From Candidatus Nanopelagicales bacterium (GTDB lineage Bacteria; Actinomycetota; Actinomycetes; S36-B12): a stretch of DNA of 61,122 bases. Both the position numbers and the translations under genes were made by a program. Where the stretch lies: positions 1 to 61,122 of the forward strand of contig JBMTDJ010000005.1 of NCBI GenBank assembly GCA_049431945.1, given 5' to 3'. This document shows positions 32,206 to 42,474 of this stretch, piece after piece. How positions within the stretch are numbered: position 1 is the stretch's first letter; each line of letters begins with the position of its first letter. Under the pieces are notes generated by a model, which saw only the letters and a list, made by a program, of their open reading frames with translations, had not been told where the DNA came from and did not search any database.

Positions 32206-34155
32206 ATGACGGACGCTGTGGCCAAAGTCGCGGTCGATGTCCCCCTTGCCCACCTTGATCGCCTCTTCGACTACTCCGTCCCCGCGTCGATGGGCGCGGA
32301 GGCGATGCCCGGAGTTCGGGTGCGGGTGCGCTTCGCCGGACGCCTCGTCGACGGCTACATTATTGAGCGCGTAGCAGAGAGCGACCACGCCAAGCTCGCC
32401 CCGTTGCAGCGAGTCACCTCGCCGTTGCCCGTGCTGACTCCGGAGGTGCTGGCCCTCTGCCGTGCCGTCGCCGATCGGTACGCCGGCATCCTGCCGGATC
32501 TGCTGCGCGCGGCGATACCTCCGCGCCACGCGCGTGCCGAGGCCGCGCTTCTGGCCAAGGAGATCGAGCCACTCGCCCTGCCCGGGGATGTCGACCTCTC
32601 CGCCTGGGATTCCTATTCGGGGGGCGCCGCCCTCGCGCGACGCATCGCAGACGGTCAGCACGACCTGAGGGCTGTGTGGACATGCGCGCCGTCCACGACG
32701 ACGGCTCCGGGCGACTGGCCGGCGATGATTGCGGTCACCGCGGCCTCCGCCGCCCGCCACGGGGGAGTCGTCATCGTCGCCCCGGACGCACGCGACATCA
32801 CTCGGATCGCCGCCGCACTCGATGCGACGGTCGGGCGCTCCGCCTACTCCACCCTCACCGCCGACATGGGCCCGCAGCGTCGCTACACCGAGTTCCTCAA
32901 GGTCCTCACCGGTCGGGTGCCCATCGCCCTCGGCACGCGCGGGGCAGCGTTTGCTCCCGTGTCCGATCCCGCATTGCTCCTGCTGTGGGATGACGGGGAC
33001 GAGTCCCTCGCCGAGCCGCACGCACCGGGCTGGCATGCGCGCGAAGTACTCGGGTTGCGTTCGCAGATGACAGGCGCCTCTCTCATCGTCGGTGGCTACA
33101 CCCGCAGCACCGAAGCGCAGCAGTGGGTCGAGACGTCCTGGGCAGCAGGCATCGTGCCGACACGCGAGGTGGTGCGGCGCGACGGACCACGCGTGATCTG
33201 CGAGGACCCGGATCACTCCCGGATTCCGCGGCGCGCCTTCGATGCTGCGCGGAATAGTCTTCGCGAGGGGCCGGTGCTCGTCCAGGTCGGCCGGCGCGGA
33301 TACCTCCCGGGCCTGGCCTGTCAGCGTTGCCGCACACGGGCGAGTTGCGCAGCCTGCGGTGGCCCACTCGCACTCGGTCAGTCCGGCGCCGCACCCGTCT
33401 GCCGGTGGTGCGGCACGCGAGCCGCGCCCTGGCACTGCCGCGAGTGCGGGTCCGATCGGCTGCGGGCTACGTCGGTGGGTTCGGGTCGCACGGCGGAGGA
33501 GCTCGGCCGCGCGTTCCCGGGCGTCCCCGTCATCACGTCCACGGCCGAGAATGCGGTCGCCGACGTGCCGGCCGAGCCCGCGCTCGTGGTCGCCACGACC
33601 GGCACCGAGCCATGGGCCCACGGCGGGTACGCCGGCGTACTCCTGCTCGATGCTGACCTTCAGGCCTCGCGCGTCGCACTCCGGGCCAGCGAGGAGACGG
33701 CCCGTCGCTGGTTCGCCGCCTCAGCGCTCGCTCGCCCTCGCGCTCCCGTGATCATCACCGCCGATGCGGGGTTGCCGGTGGTGCAAGCGCTCATCCGATG
33801 GGATCCGGCGTGGCTCGCCGGGCGCGAGTTGGCCGAAAGGCGCGAGCTGGGCATGCCCCCGGCCGTGCGTGCGGCGACCCTGACCGGCGATCCGGTCGCG
33901 GTCGACGCAGCCGCTTCCACTCTGCCCGAGCAGGCACGCATCATGGGTCCCCTCCCGGTCCCGTCCCCGCGGGGTCGGTCGGGAGAGACGCCCGGTGCGG
34001 GCGCCGACGATGTCCGCCTCCTCGTCACGATCGATCGCCGTCACGGCGCCGATCTCGCGCGCGCACTCGCGGCGATCGCGGCCACACGCACCGCACGCAA
34101 GGATCCCGCGCGTCTGCACCACGTCGTCGACCCACCGGACTGGGGCAGCGACTGA
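32206..34155 (+). CDS. priA: Primosomal protein N' (actinobacterial PriA)
   Basis: HLDRLFDYSVP..GVRVRVRF, GTRGAAFAP, four CxxC zinc pairs, G..RTAEELGRAFP; conserved position near metK and def/fmt. Confidence 0.9.
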   Translation: MTDAVAKVAVDVPLAHLDRLFDYSVPASMGAEAMPGVRVRVRFAGRLVDGYIIERVAESDHAKLAPLQRVTSPLPVLTPEVLALCRAVADRYAGILPDLLRAAIPPRHARAEAALLAKEIEPLALPGDVDLSAWDSYSGGAALARRIADGQHDLRAVWTCAPSTTTAPGDWPAMIAVTAASAARHGGVVIVAPDARDITRIAAALDATVGRSAYSTLTADMGPQRRYTEFLKVLTGRVPIALGTRGAAFAPVSDPALLLLWDDGDESLAEPHAPGWHAREVLGLRSQMTGASLIVGGYTRSTEAQQWVETSWAAGIVPTREVVRRDGPRVICEDPDHSRIPRRAFDAARNSLREGPVLVQVGRRGYLPGLACQRCRTRASCAACGGPLALGQSGAAPVCRWCGTRAAPWHCRECGSDRLRATSVGSGRTAEELGRAFPGVPVITSTAENAVADVPAEPALVVATTGTEPWAHGGYAGVLLLDADLQASRVALRASEETARRWFAASALARPRAPVIITADAGLPVVQALIRWDPAWLAGRELAERRELGMPPAVRAATLTGDPVAVDAAASTLPEQARIMGPLPVPSPRGRSGETPGAGADDVRLLVTIDRRHGADLARALAAIAATRTARKDPARLHHVVDPPDWGSD

Positions 34156-34196
34156 GCCTGCCTAGACTGGAAGCCCCAACGCATCAAGGAGTCCCC

Positions 34197-34742
34197 GTGG
34201 CCGTGCAGACGATCCGCCTCTTCGGCGATCCTGTCCTGCGCACGCCCGCCGGGCCGGTCGAGACCTTCGACAAGGAGCTCCGCAAACTCGTCCAGGACCT
34301 CACCGACACCATGCGAGAGGCGCCGGGCAGTGGGCTCGCGGCCCCTCAAATCGGCGTTTCGCTTCGTGTCTTCACGTGGTGGGTCGACGACGAGTTGGGT
34401 CACCTGTGCAATCCCGTGCTCGATCTGTCCGATGAGATCCAGGACGGAGACGAGGGCTGCCTGTCGATCCCCGACCTGGCCTTCGACACCCCGCGCGCAC
34501 GACGCGTGGTGGCCAAGGGGGTGGACATGCATGGTGAGCCCGTCGTCATCGAAGGCAGCGACCTGCTCGCCCGCGCGATCCAGCACGAGACGGATCACCT
34601 TGACGGCATCCTCTTCATCGATCGGCTCGATGCAGAGACGCGCAAGGCGGCCATGAAGGCCATCCGGGAGTCCGAGTGGTTCGGCGAGCCCGCACCCGAG
34701 GTGCGCATCAGCCCGCACACTGTCTCCGCCAAGTGGCTGTGA
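34197..34742 (+). CDS. def: Peptide deformylase
   Basis: GSGLAAPQIG, EGCLS, QHETDHLDG; GTG after AAGGAG. Confidence 0.95.
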   Translation: MAVQTIRLFGDPVLRTPAGPVETFDKELRKLVQDLTDTMREAPGSGLAAPQIGVSLRVFTWWVDDELGHLCNPVLDLSDEIQDGDEGCLSIPDLAFDTPRARRVVAKGVDMHGEPVVIEGSDLLARAIQHETDHLDGILFIDRLDAETRKAAMKAIRESEWFGEPAPEVRISPHTVSAKWL

Positions 34743-34745
34743 CGC

Positions 34746-35666
34746 ATGCGCCTGCTCTTCGCCGGCACCCCTGACGTCGCGCTGCCCAGCCTCGACGCGT
34801 TGATGCGCTCCACCCACGACGTCATCGGCGTCCTCACCCGGCCGCCCGCACCCGCGGGCCGCGGTCGCTCGGAGAGGCCCAGCCCGGTGCACGACCGCGC
34901 CCTGGATCTCGGACTTCCTGTCATCACCGCCGCGCGCCTCGATGCCGGCGTGATCGCGGCCGTGCGCGACCTCGGCCCGGACTGCTGCCCCGTCGTTGCT
35001 TACGGCGCCCTCATCACCCCCTCAGCACTGGATCTGCCCCGCTTCGGCTGGATCAACCTCCACTTCTCGCTCCTGCCGCGTTGGCGGGGTGCGGCGCCGG
35101 TCCAGCACGCAATCCGAGCAGGCGATGAGTACACCGGCGCCACGACGTTCCGCATCGACGCGGGGCTCGACACGGGCCCGATCCTCCTCGAGGAGTCCAC
35201 TCCTGTCGGTGATCGAGAGACCAGTGGAGAGCTGCTCGGGCGCCTCGCTGTTTCGGGTGCACGCTTGCTGCTGCGAACCATGGATCGCTTGGAGTCAGAC
35301 ACCATCGATGCTGTGCCGCAACGTGACGCCGGAGTGACACTCGCTCCGCGGATCGGCGTGGATGACGCGCGCATCAACTGGTCGCGTTCGGCCGCAGAGG
35401 TCGATCGCCTGGTGCGTGCCATGACGCCTACTCCCGGCGCCTGGACCACGCTGCGCGATGAGCGCATCAAGATCGGCCCGGTCGCTCCGCTAGACACATC
35501 GCACCTGGGTGCGGGGGAGATCCGCGCCGAGCGCTCATCCGTCACCGTCGGCACGCACACCGGTGATGTGCGCCTCGGGGAGGTGCAGCCGCACGGCAAG
35601 CGCGCCATGCCGGCGGCCGACTGGGCTCGAGGCCTGCGCCTGGCCGGCGGGGAGCGCTTCGCGTGA
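34746..35666 (+). CDS. fmt: Methionyl-tRNA formyltransferase
   Basis: FAGTP, VAYG, NLHFSLLPRWRGAAP, GLDTGPI. Confidence 0.96.
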   Translation: MRLLFAGTPDVALPSLDALMRSTHDVIGVLTRPPAPAGRGRSERPSPVHDRALDLGLPVITAARLDAGVIAAVRDLGPDCCPVVAYGALITPSALDLPRFGWINLHFSLLPRWRGAAPVQHAIRAGDEYTGATTFRIDAGLDTGPILLEESTPVGDRETSGELLGRLAVSGARLLLRTMDRLESDTIDAVPQRDAGVTLAPRIGVDDARINWSRSAAEVDRLVRAMTPTPGAWTTLRDERIKIGPVAPLDTSHLGAGEIRAERSSVTVGTHTGDVRLGEVQPHGKRAMPAADWARGLRLAGGERFA

Positions 35667-37069
35667 CCGCACCCCGCACACCAGGCAAGGGGCCGAGGCG
35701 CGCCAGCCGACAGCAGCGCGTGGGGCGACCACCTCGGGGGGCGCGCGGTGCGGCGTACGACCTGCTCCATGCCGTTGCCGCGGACGATGCCTACGCCAAC
35801 CTCGTATGGCCGACGATCCTGGCTGACGCGCGGCTCGATGCGCGCGATGCAGGTTTTGCCACGGAGCTGGCCTACGGCACGCTTCGCTGGCGCGGACTCT
35901 ACGACGAAGTACTCACGCGCTGCGTGGATCGCCCACTCGACAAGCTCGACGGTCGGGTGCTCGACCTGCTCCGGCTCGGCACGCATCAGATCCTGTCGAT
36001 GCGAGTGCCCGAGCATGCCGCCGTGAGCGAGACGGTCGCGCTCACGCGGCAGGTCGCGGGGGAAGGGCCGGCCAAACTTGTCAACGCCGTGCTCCGACGG
36101 GTGATCGACGGCGGCGACCGTGACGCGTGGATAGCGAAGGTCGCCCCGGGTGACTCGCGTGATGAGCTCGCCATCGCCACCTCGCACCCGCGCTGGATCA
36201 TCACCGCCTTCGCCGAGGCGCTTGCTGCCCACCGTGGCGCCCCCGATCCCGAGGGCCTGCGTGCGGTGCTGGCAGCGGACAACGCGCCGGCGAGCCCCGT
36301 GCTCGTCGCGCGTGACGTGACTGGCGAGGATCTCCAGGGCCTGCCGGGCGTCGAACCCGGCAGGTGGTCGCCGCTGGCTGCGACGCTCGTCGACGGCCGG
36401 CCGGAGGATCTGCCGCTGGTGCGCTCCGGTGCCGTAGGCGTGCAGGATGAGGGCAGTCAACTCGTTGCTCTCGCGCTCGCGGCGGTGCCGGTCGAGGGTC
36501 GGGATCAGGTCTGGGTCGATCTCGCCGCTGGTCCCGGGGGCAAGGCGGCGCTGCTCGCGCGCGAGGTCGGTCGGCGCGGTGGTCGATTGATCGCCGTCGA
36601 GCAGCACCCACATCGCGCGGAGCTGGTGCGCCATTCATTGCCACCCGGGGCCCACGAGGTCCTCGTCGCCGACGGACGCGAGGCCCTGCCCGCTGCCACT
36701 GCCGACCGGACTCTCGTCGACGCTCCGTGCACGGGAATCGGTGCTCTGCGGCGCCGGCCCGAGGCGCGGTGGCGCCGGAGTCCGAGTGACCTGGCCACGC
36801 TCGGGCCGCTCCAGCGCGAACTGCTCGACGCCGCCATCGCGCTTACGCGCCCGGGCGGCGTCATCGCCTACTCCACGTGCTCACCCCACGTGGCCGAGAC
36901 CGATCTTGTCGTGACCGACGCCCTGCGTCGGCGCGGCGACGTCGAGATGATTGATGCCCGCCCGTATCTGCCCGACGTTCCCGATCTCGGCCCCGGCCCT
37001 GCGGTGCGACTCTGGCCGCACGTGCACGGCACGGACGGTATGTATCTCGCGCTGCTTCGCCGCCTCTAG
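35663..37069 (+). CDS. rsmB: RsmB/NOP family rRNA m5C methyltransferase with NusB-like N-terminal domain
   Basis: ELAYGTLR, VQDEGSQ, AAGPGGK, DAPCTG, YSTCS. Confidence 0.9.
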   Translation: MTAPRTPGKGPRRASRQQRVGRPPRGARGAAYDLLHAVAADDAYANLVWPTILADARLDARDAGFATELAYGTLRWRGLYDEVLTRCVDRPLDKLDGRVLDLLRLGTHQILSMRVPEHAAVSETVALTRQVAGEGPAKLVNAVLRRVIDGGDRDAWIAKVAPGDSRDELAIATSHPRWIITAFAEALAAHRGAPDPEGLRAVLAADNAPASPVLVARDVTGEDLQGLPGVEPGRWSPLAATLVDGRPEDLPLVRSGAVGVQDEGSQLVALALAAVPVEGRDQVWVDLAAGPGGKAALLAREVGRRGGRLIAVEQHPHRAELVRHSLPPGAHEVLVADGREALPAATADRTLVDAPCTGIGALRRRPEARWRRSPSDLATLGPLQRELLDAAIALTRPGGVIAYSTCSPHVAETDLVVTDALRRRGDVEMIDARPYLPDVPDLGPGPAVRLWPHVHGTDGMYLALLRRL

Positions 37070-37154
37070 GCCGCGTGGGCCCAGGCTCGCCGCATGGCCT
37101 CGACCTCGACGCGTCGCGCTCTGGCCGACCCGCGTCGAGGGCGCTAGCTTCCTC

Positions 37155-37289
37155 GTGTTCGGGATCTCCATGATCGGGGCCTCGGTCGCCCAGGTGAGCT
37201 ACAAGCGCGGTGTCCCGATGGCAGTGGCCTCTCTCGCCTCCAGCGGCATGATGACCTGGATCGGGCTGGCGGGCATCGCAGCCGCCTAG
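37155..37289 (+). CDS. Putative 44-aa hydrophobic small protein or gene remnant
   Basis: MFGISMIGASVAQVSYKRGVPMAVASLASSGMMTWIGLAGIAAA; nearly all codons end in G/C; TAGCTT just upstream of the GTG. Confidence 0.35.
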   Translation: MFGISMIGASVAQVSYKRGVPMAVASLASSGMMTWIGLAGIAAA

Positions 37290-37337
37290 TGCGCCTCGGC
37301 GCGCCTGCCCCGGGGACGCAGTCGCTACCCTTCCCAC

Positions 37338-38003
37338 GTGGGCATCCAGATTTCTCCGAGCATCCTCTCCGCGGATTTTGCGCGGCTGGGGGAGGAGATC
37401 GCTCGCGTACCGGACGCGGACTGGATCCACGTGGACGTTATGGACAACCACTTCGTCCCCAACCTCACGGTCGGCCTCCCTGTCGTGGAGAGCCTGCTGG
37501 CCGCGACGCCGATCCCCCTCGACTGCCATCTGATGATCACCGACCCCGACCGCTGGGCCCCGGGCTACGCCGAGGCGGGCGCGGGCAGCGTCACCTTCCA
37601 CGCGGAGGCCGTCAAGGCCCCGGTGCGATTGGCGCGTACCTTGCGCGGGCTCGGCGCTCGCGCCGGCCTCGCGGTCAACCCCGCGACCCCCATCACGCCG
37701 TACGCCGACCTGCTGCCGGACCTCGACATGCTCTTGATCATGTCCGTCGAGCCTGGGTTCGGCGGTCAGCCCTTCCTCGACATGGTGCTGCCCAAGATCG
37801 CGCAAGCGCGCGAAATGGTGCGGCGCTACGGCGGAGACATCTGGGTACAGGTGGACGGTGGCGTGAGCGAGGCAACGATCGGACGTTGCGCCGAGGCGGG
37901 CGCCGACGTCTTCGTCGCGGGTTCGGCGGTCTTCGGCGCGGACGACCCCGACCGCATGGTGAAGACGCTGCGCGATCTGGCCATCGCAGCCGCGGGGGAG
38001 TAG
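37338..38003 (+). CDS. rpe: Ribulose-phosphate 3-epimerase
   Basis: [40 protein letters not shown]. Confidence 0.97.
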   Translation: MGIQISPSILSADFARLGEEIARVPDADWIHVDVMDNHFVPNLTVGLPVVESLLAATPIPLDCHLMITDPDRWAPGYAEAGAGSVTFHAEAVKAPVRLARTLRGLGARAGLAVNPATPITPYADLLPDLDMLLIMSVEPGFGGQPFLDMVLPKIAQAREMVRRYGGDIWVQVDGGVSEATIGRCAEAGADVFVAGSAVFGADDPDRMVKTLRDLAIAAAGE

Positions 38004-39013
38004 TGACCCGCGCGCGGGAGCAGGAGGCGATGCGCCGGGCTATCGACCTCGCTGTCACCGCCGACATCCCCGACGGTCCCAATCCGCGAGTGGGGTGCGT
38101 GCTCCTGGCGTCCGATGGGACCGTCATCGGTGAGGGCAGGCACCTCGGTGCGGGGACCGCCCATGCCGAGGTCCAGGCGCTCCAGCAGGCAGGCGCGGCC
38201 GCTCGTGGCGCCACGGCGATCGTCACCCTCGAGCCGTGCAATCACACCGGCCGCACCGGCCCGTGCAGCGAGGCGCTCATCGCAGCAGGCGTCGAACGTG
38301 TCGTGTTCGCGCAGTCGGACCCCCACGCCCTTGCGGCGGGTGGTGCCGCGCGTCTGCGCGATGCCGGCATCGACGTCGAGGGCGGTGTGCTGGAGAGCCA
38401 GGCGGAGCACATCAACATCGCGTGGACGCATGCGGTCACCACGGGCAAGCCCTTCGTCACCTGGAAGGTCGCGTCGACTCTGGACGGACGTGTCGCAGCA
38501 GCCGACGGCACGAGCCGATGGATCACCGGAGAGGCGTCGCGCGCAGAGGTTCATCGTTGGCGACGTCAGTGTGATGCGATCGTCGTCGGCACGGGCACGG
38601 TCGCGATCGACGATCCGCACCTCACCGCGCGCGATCACACGGGACAACTTGCCGACATCCAGCCCCTGCGCGTGATCGTTGGCAACAGCGAGATCCCCGA
38701 CGGGGCACGGGTGCTCGACGACGCCGCGCCCACCCTCCGCCTACGCACTCACGACGTCGGCGAGGTCCTGTCCGCGCTGGCGCAGCGAGATGTGCGCCAC
38801 CTCCTTCTCGAGGGGGGCCCGCGTTTGGCGGCCGCATTCCTGGCGTCAGGGGCGGTCGACGAGGTCGTCTGGTACGTCGCCCCGCTGATGCTGGGCGGTG
38901 GTCCACCGGCACTCGCCGACATGGGAGTGGCCACCCTCGCTGACGGCATCCGCCTGAGGGACGTGCGCGTCGAGCAGGTGGGCGAGGATGCGAGGATCAG
39001 CGGGCGCATCTGA
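38003..39013 (+). CDS. ribD: Riboflavin biosynthesis deaminase/reductase
   Basis: PNPRVGC, HAE, TLEPCNHTGRTGPC, STLDG, EGGP; GTG overlaps the rpe stop. Confidence 0.95.
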   Translation: MTRAREQEAMRRAIDLAVTADIPDGPNPRVGCVLLASDGTVIGEGRHLGAGTAHAEVQALQQAGAAARGATAIVTLEPCNHTGRTGPCSEALIAAGVERVVFAQSDPHALAAGGAARLRDAGIDVEGGVLESQAEHINIAWTHAVTTGKPFVTWKVASTLDGRVAAADGTSRWITGEASRAEVHRWRRQCDAIVVGTGTVAIDDPHLTARDHTGQLADIQPLRVIVGNSEIPDGARVLDDAAPTLRLRTHDVGEVLSALAQRDVRHLLLEGGPRLAAAFLASGAVDEVVWYVAPLMLGGGPPALADMGVATLADGIRLRDVRVEQVGEDARISGRI

Positions 39014-39025
39014 TCAGGAGGACCC

Positions 39026-39637
39026 GTGTTCACCGGCATTGTCGAGGAAGCAGGCGAGATCACCGAGGTGGTCCGTCTTCCCGATGATGCCCTTCGGCTC
39101 GTGGTCCGCGGCAATGTCGTCACGGAAGGAACCAGGCACGGCGACTCCATTGCGGTCAACGGCGTGTGTCTCACAGTGACGGACGTCGCAGGAGACACGT
39201 TCTCCGCTGATGTCATGCGCGAGACACTCGTGCGGAGCTCGCTGAGGGGAGCGGAGGCGGGGATGCGGGTCAACCTCGAGCGCGCCATGCTGCCGACCTC
39301 ACGTCTCGGGGGCCACATCGTCCAAGGCCACGTCGACGGCACAGGGACGCTCCTGTCTCGTCAGCGGTCAGAGCACTGGGACGTGCTGCGTTTCGAGCCC
39401 CCAGCGGATCTTGTCCGCTATCTGGTCGACAAGGGCTCGGTCGCCGTGGATGGCGTGTCTCTCACCGTGTCGGCCGTCGATCCTCAGGCGGGCTGGTTCG
39501 AGGTTTCGCTCATCCCTACGACGTTGACGCTCACGACTCTGGGGGAGCGGGAGGCGGGCGACGTGGTCAATCTCGAGGTCGATGTGATTGCGAAGTACGT
39601 TGAAGGACTCCTGCGGGGCGGGGAGCGCGATGTCTGA
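39026..39637 (+). CDS. ribE: Riboflavin synthase
   Basis: MFTGIVEE, GDSIAVNGVCLTV, GGHIVQGHVDG, NLEVD. Confidence 0.96.
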   Translation: MFTGIVEEAGEITEVVRLPDDALRLVVRGNVVTEGTRHGDSIAVNGVCLTVTDVAGDTFSADVMRETLVRSSLRGAEAGMRVNLERAMLPTSRLGGHIVQGHVDGTGTLLSRQRSEHWDVLRFEPPADLVRYLVDKGSVAVDGVSLTVSAVDPQAGWFEVSLIPTTLTLTTLGEREAGDVVNLEVDVIAKYVEGLLRGGERDV

Positions 39638-40880
39638 ACGTGGGCGCGACCTCGACAAAGCCCTCGACTCCCTCGCGCGCGGTGAGGTTGTCGTGGTGAT
39701 CGACCAGGGGGACGAGGCAGCCGGGGAACCCGGTGGCGCAGACCTGGTACTTGGGGGCGCCCTCGCGCGGGGTGATCGCGTGGCGTTCCTCGTTCGGCAC
39801 GGTTCCGGGTGCGAACAGGTCGCCATGGACGGGGAGATCCTGGATCGGCTCGACCTTCCGCCGATGACACTCGGCATCGACGGCCGGCCCTCTGCCGCAT
39901 CGATCACCGTGGACGCACGCACTGCCCGCAGCGGCGGAGTCAGCTCGGACGACCGCAGCCTCGCGCTCCGCCTGCTGGCGGATCCGCGCACTCGCCCGGG
40001 AGACCTTGTGCGTCCAGGGCACCTTGCTCCCGTGCGCACGGTGGCAGGTGGCACGTTGCGGCGCCCCGGGCGGCCCGAGGCCGCCGCCGACCTGGCGATC
40101 CTCGCCGAGCAGGTTCCGGTAGCGCTGCGCGTGGAACTCGTCGACGACGACGGTGCGCTCATGACGCCACGCCAGGCGCGGGACTTCGCTCGCGAACATG
40201 GCCTGGCGTGCGTGACCATCTCCGAACTTATCGCGCGACGGCGCCGTGGCGAGCGCCATGTGGAACGCTGCGCGGAGTCCTTGCTCATGACCGAGTTCGG
40301 CGCATTCCGTGCCATCGACTATCGGAATCGGCTCGATGGCATCGAGCACGTCGCCCTCGTGGCCGGCGACATCGGCGATGGTGAGCGCGTGCTGGTTCGG
40401 GTCCATTCCGAATGCCTCACCGGGGACATCCTCGGTTCGCTGCGTTGCGACTGCGGCCCCCAACTGCGCGCGGCCATGCGAGCGGTCGCCGAAGAGGGGA
40501 GGGGGATCGTCCTATACCTACGCGGGCACGAGGGCCGCGGCATCGGCCTGCTCCACAAACTGCAGGCCTACCAACTCCAGGACTCCGGTCGCGACACGGT
40601 CGACGCCAATCTCGATCTCGGGCTGCCGGCCGACGCCCGCGACTACGGCATCGGCGCGCAGATCCTGAGTGACCTCGGCGTGCGCTCGATGCGGTTACTG
40701 AGCAACAACCCCGCCAAGCGCGCGGGCCTCGAGGGCTATGGCCTGTCCATCGCCGAGCGCGTCCCCCTCGTCATCGTCCCCAACGAGCACAATGCGCGCT
40801 ATCTCGCGACCAAGGCCGAGCGGATGGGTCACGAATATCGTGACGCGACAGAGGAGACCGTCGACGGGAGGACTGCATGA
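39630..40880 (+). CDS. ribBA: RibBA fusion: GTP cyclohydrolase II with a degenerate DHBP synthase domain
   Basis: C-terminal [22 protein letters not shown] and NNPAK intact; N-terminal RibB-like region lacks RENEGD and GHTE. Confidence 0.88.
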   Translation: MSERGRDLDKALDSLARGEVVVVIDQGDEAAGEPGGADLVLGGALARGDRVAFLVRHGSGCEQVAMDGEILDRLDLPPMTLGIDGRPSAASITVDARTARSGGVSSDDRSLALRLLADPRTRPGDLVRPGHLAPVRTVAGGTLRRPGRPEAAADLAILAEQVPVALRVELVDDDGALMTPRQARDFAREHGLACVTISELIARRRRGERHVERCAESLLMTEFGAFRAIDYRNRLDGIEHVALVAGDIGDGERVLVRVHSECLTGDILGSLRCDCGPQLRAAMRAVAEEGRGIVLYLRGHEGRGIGLLHKLQAYQLQDSGRDTVDANLDLGLPADARDYGIGAQILSDLGVRSMRLLSNNPAKRAGLEGYGLSIAERVPLVIVPNEHNARYLATKAERMGHEYRDATEETVDGRTA

Positions 40881-41353
40881 GTGGCGCGGGTGCAGCTCGC
40901 ATGAGTGTCGAGGGTGCGCAGGGCATGCGCATCGACATCGTCGCCGCCTCGTGGCATGCCGGCGTCATGTCCGGTCTCATTGCCGGCGCCGAGAGGATCC
41001 TGCGTGAGGCTGGATGCGATGCCCGACTGCTGCGTGTCCCGGGTGCCTTCGAACTCCCCGTCGTCGCGGGCGCCAGCGCTCGGGCCGGGGCTGAGGCTGT
41101 CGTCGCCCTCGGTGTCGTCATCCGCGGTGGCACTCCGCACTTCGACTACGTGTGCGAGGCGGCGACTTCCGGCCTGACGCGGGTGGCATTGGACACGGGG
41201 GTCCCGGTCGGCTTCGGGCTGCTCACCTGTGACGACGAGCAGCAGGCGCTCGACCGCGCGGGGCTCGACGGGTCGCGCGAGGACAAGGGTGCCGAGGCGG
41301 CGGAAGCCGCTATCGCGACGGCGCTGCTGCTGCGGCAGATCCGCACGCCCTAG
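40877..41353 (+). CDS. ribH: 6,7-dimethyl-8-ribityllumazine synthase
   Basis: [36 protein letters not shown]. Confidence 0.95.
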   Translation: MSGAGAARMSVEGAQGMRIDIVAASWHAGVMSGLIAGAERILREAGCDARLLRVPGAFELPVVAGASARAGAEAVVALGVVIRGGTPHFDYVCEAATSGLTRVALDTGVPVGFGLLTCDDEQQALDRAGLDGSREDKGAEAAEAAIATALLLRQIRTP

Positions 41354-41363
41354 GCTGACCGTC

Positions 41364-41627
41364 GTGAAGACCTTCGATGCTCTGTACGCCGAGCTCCACG
41401 AGAAGGCCGCCTTCCCGGGGAGCACGGGCAACACTCGGCGCCTGCTGGACGAGGGAGTGCACGCCATCGGCAAGAAGGTCGTCGAGGAGGCCGCCGAGGC
41501 CTGGATGGCGGCCGAGCACGAGGGTCGCGAACGGACCGCTGAGGAGATCGCGCAGTTGCTCTATCACGCCCAGGTGCTCATGCTCGCGAGTGGCGTCACG
41601 CTCACCGATGTCTACGAGCGGCTCTGA
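41364..41627 (+). CDS. hisE: Phosphoribosyl-ATP pyrophosphatase
   Basis: [11 protein letters not shown]...[19 protein letters not shown]...EEIAQLLYH. Confidence 0.95.
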   Translation: MKTFDALYAELHEKAAFPGSTGNTRRLLDEGVHAIGKKVVEEAAEAWMAAEHEGRERTAEEIAQLLYHAQVLMLASGVTLTDVYERL

Positions 41628-41628
41628 C

Positions 41629-42474
41629 ATGCTCCGCGTCGCACTGCCCAACAAGGGCCAACTCGCCGAGCCGGCACGCGAGATGCTGCACGAGGCTGGC
41701 TATCTCAGGTCCGCAGGCTTGCGAGACCTCGTTGTCCAAGACCCCGACAACGACGTCGAGTTCTTCTTCTTGCGGCCCAAGGACATCGCGATCTATGTCG
41801 GGGAAGGCACGCTCGATCTCGGGATCACCGGCCGCGACATGCTTCTGGACTCCGGTGCCGATGCCGAGGAGGTCGCCCGACTCGGATTCGGTGCCTCGAC
41901 ATTCCGGCTCGCCGCCCCTCCCGGCATTGCCAGGCGCGTGGAGGACCTGGCCGGTCGTCGCATCGCCACGTCCTACCCCGGTGTCCTCGAGTCATTTCTG
42001 GGCCAGCGCGGCATCGACGCACGTATCGTGCGACTCGACGGTGCTGTCGAGAACGCCGTGCGCCTGGGCGTCGCTGATGCCGTGGCCGACGTCGTCGCGA
42101 CGGGCACGACCCTGCGCCAGGCCGGGCTGGAGACGCTAGGGGAGCCGATCCTGGTGAGCGAGGCGCTGGTCGTGCGGCGCACGGGAGCGACCTCCGATGC
42201 GGATGTCGACACATTCGTGCGGCGCTTGCACGGAGTCATGGTCGCGCGCTCCTACGTACTCGTCGACTACGACATCCGCGTGGAGCAGGTCGACTCGGCA
42301 TGCACGGTCACGCCCGGCTTCGAGTCCCCGACTATCTCCTCTCTTCACGATCCCGCGTGGGTCGCGGTTCGCGCCATGGTGCCGCGACGCGACGTGCACC
42401 ATGTCATGGATGAGCTGTACGACCTCGGTGCGCGCGGGATCCTCGTGACGGCGATCCACGCCAGTCGGCTGTGA
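41629..42474 (+). CDS. hisG: ATP phosphoribosyltransferase (long form)
   Basis: MLRVALPNKG, RPKDI, GITGRD, IATSYP, DVVATGTTL, C-terminal regulatory domain. Confidence 0.96.
   Translation: MLRVALPNKGQLAEPAREMLHEAGYLRSAGLRDLVVQDPDNDVEFFFLRPKDIAIYVGEGTLDLGITGRDMLLDSGADAEEVARLGFGASTFRLAAPPGIARRVEDLAGRRIATSYPGVLESFLGQRGIDARIVRLDGAVENAVRLGVADAVADVVATGTTLRQAGLETLGEPILVSEALVVRRTGATSDADVDTFVRRLHGVMVARSYVLVDYDIRVEQVDSACTVTPGFESPTISSLHDPAWVAVRAMVPRRDVHHVMDELYDLGARGILVTAIHASRL

Noticed and set aside
37290..38003. Looked for an FMN riboswitch ahead of the rib genes
   Set aside because: ribD overlaps the rpe stop, and no RFN consensus is visible upstream of rpe.
37289..39013. 574-aa ORF suggesting an Rpe-RibD fusion
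   Set aside because: The N-terminal part is an off-frame read of rpe; RibD homology begins at GTG 38003.
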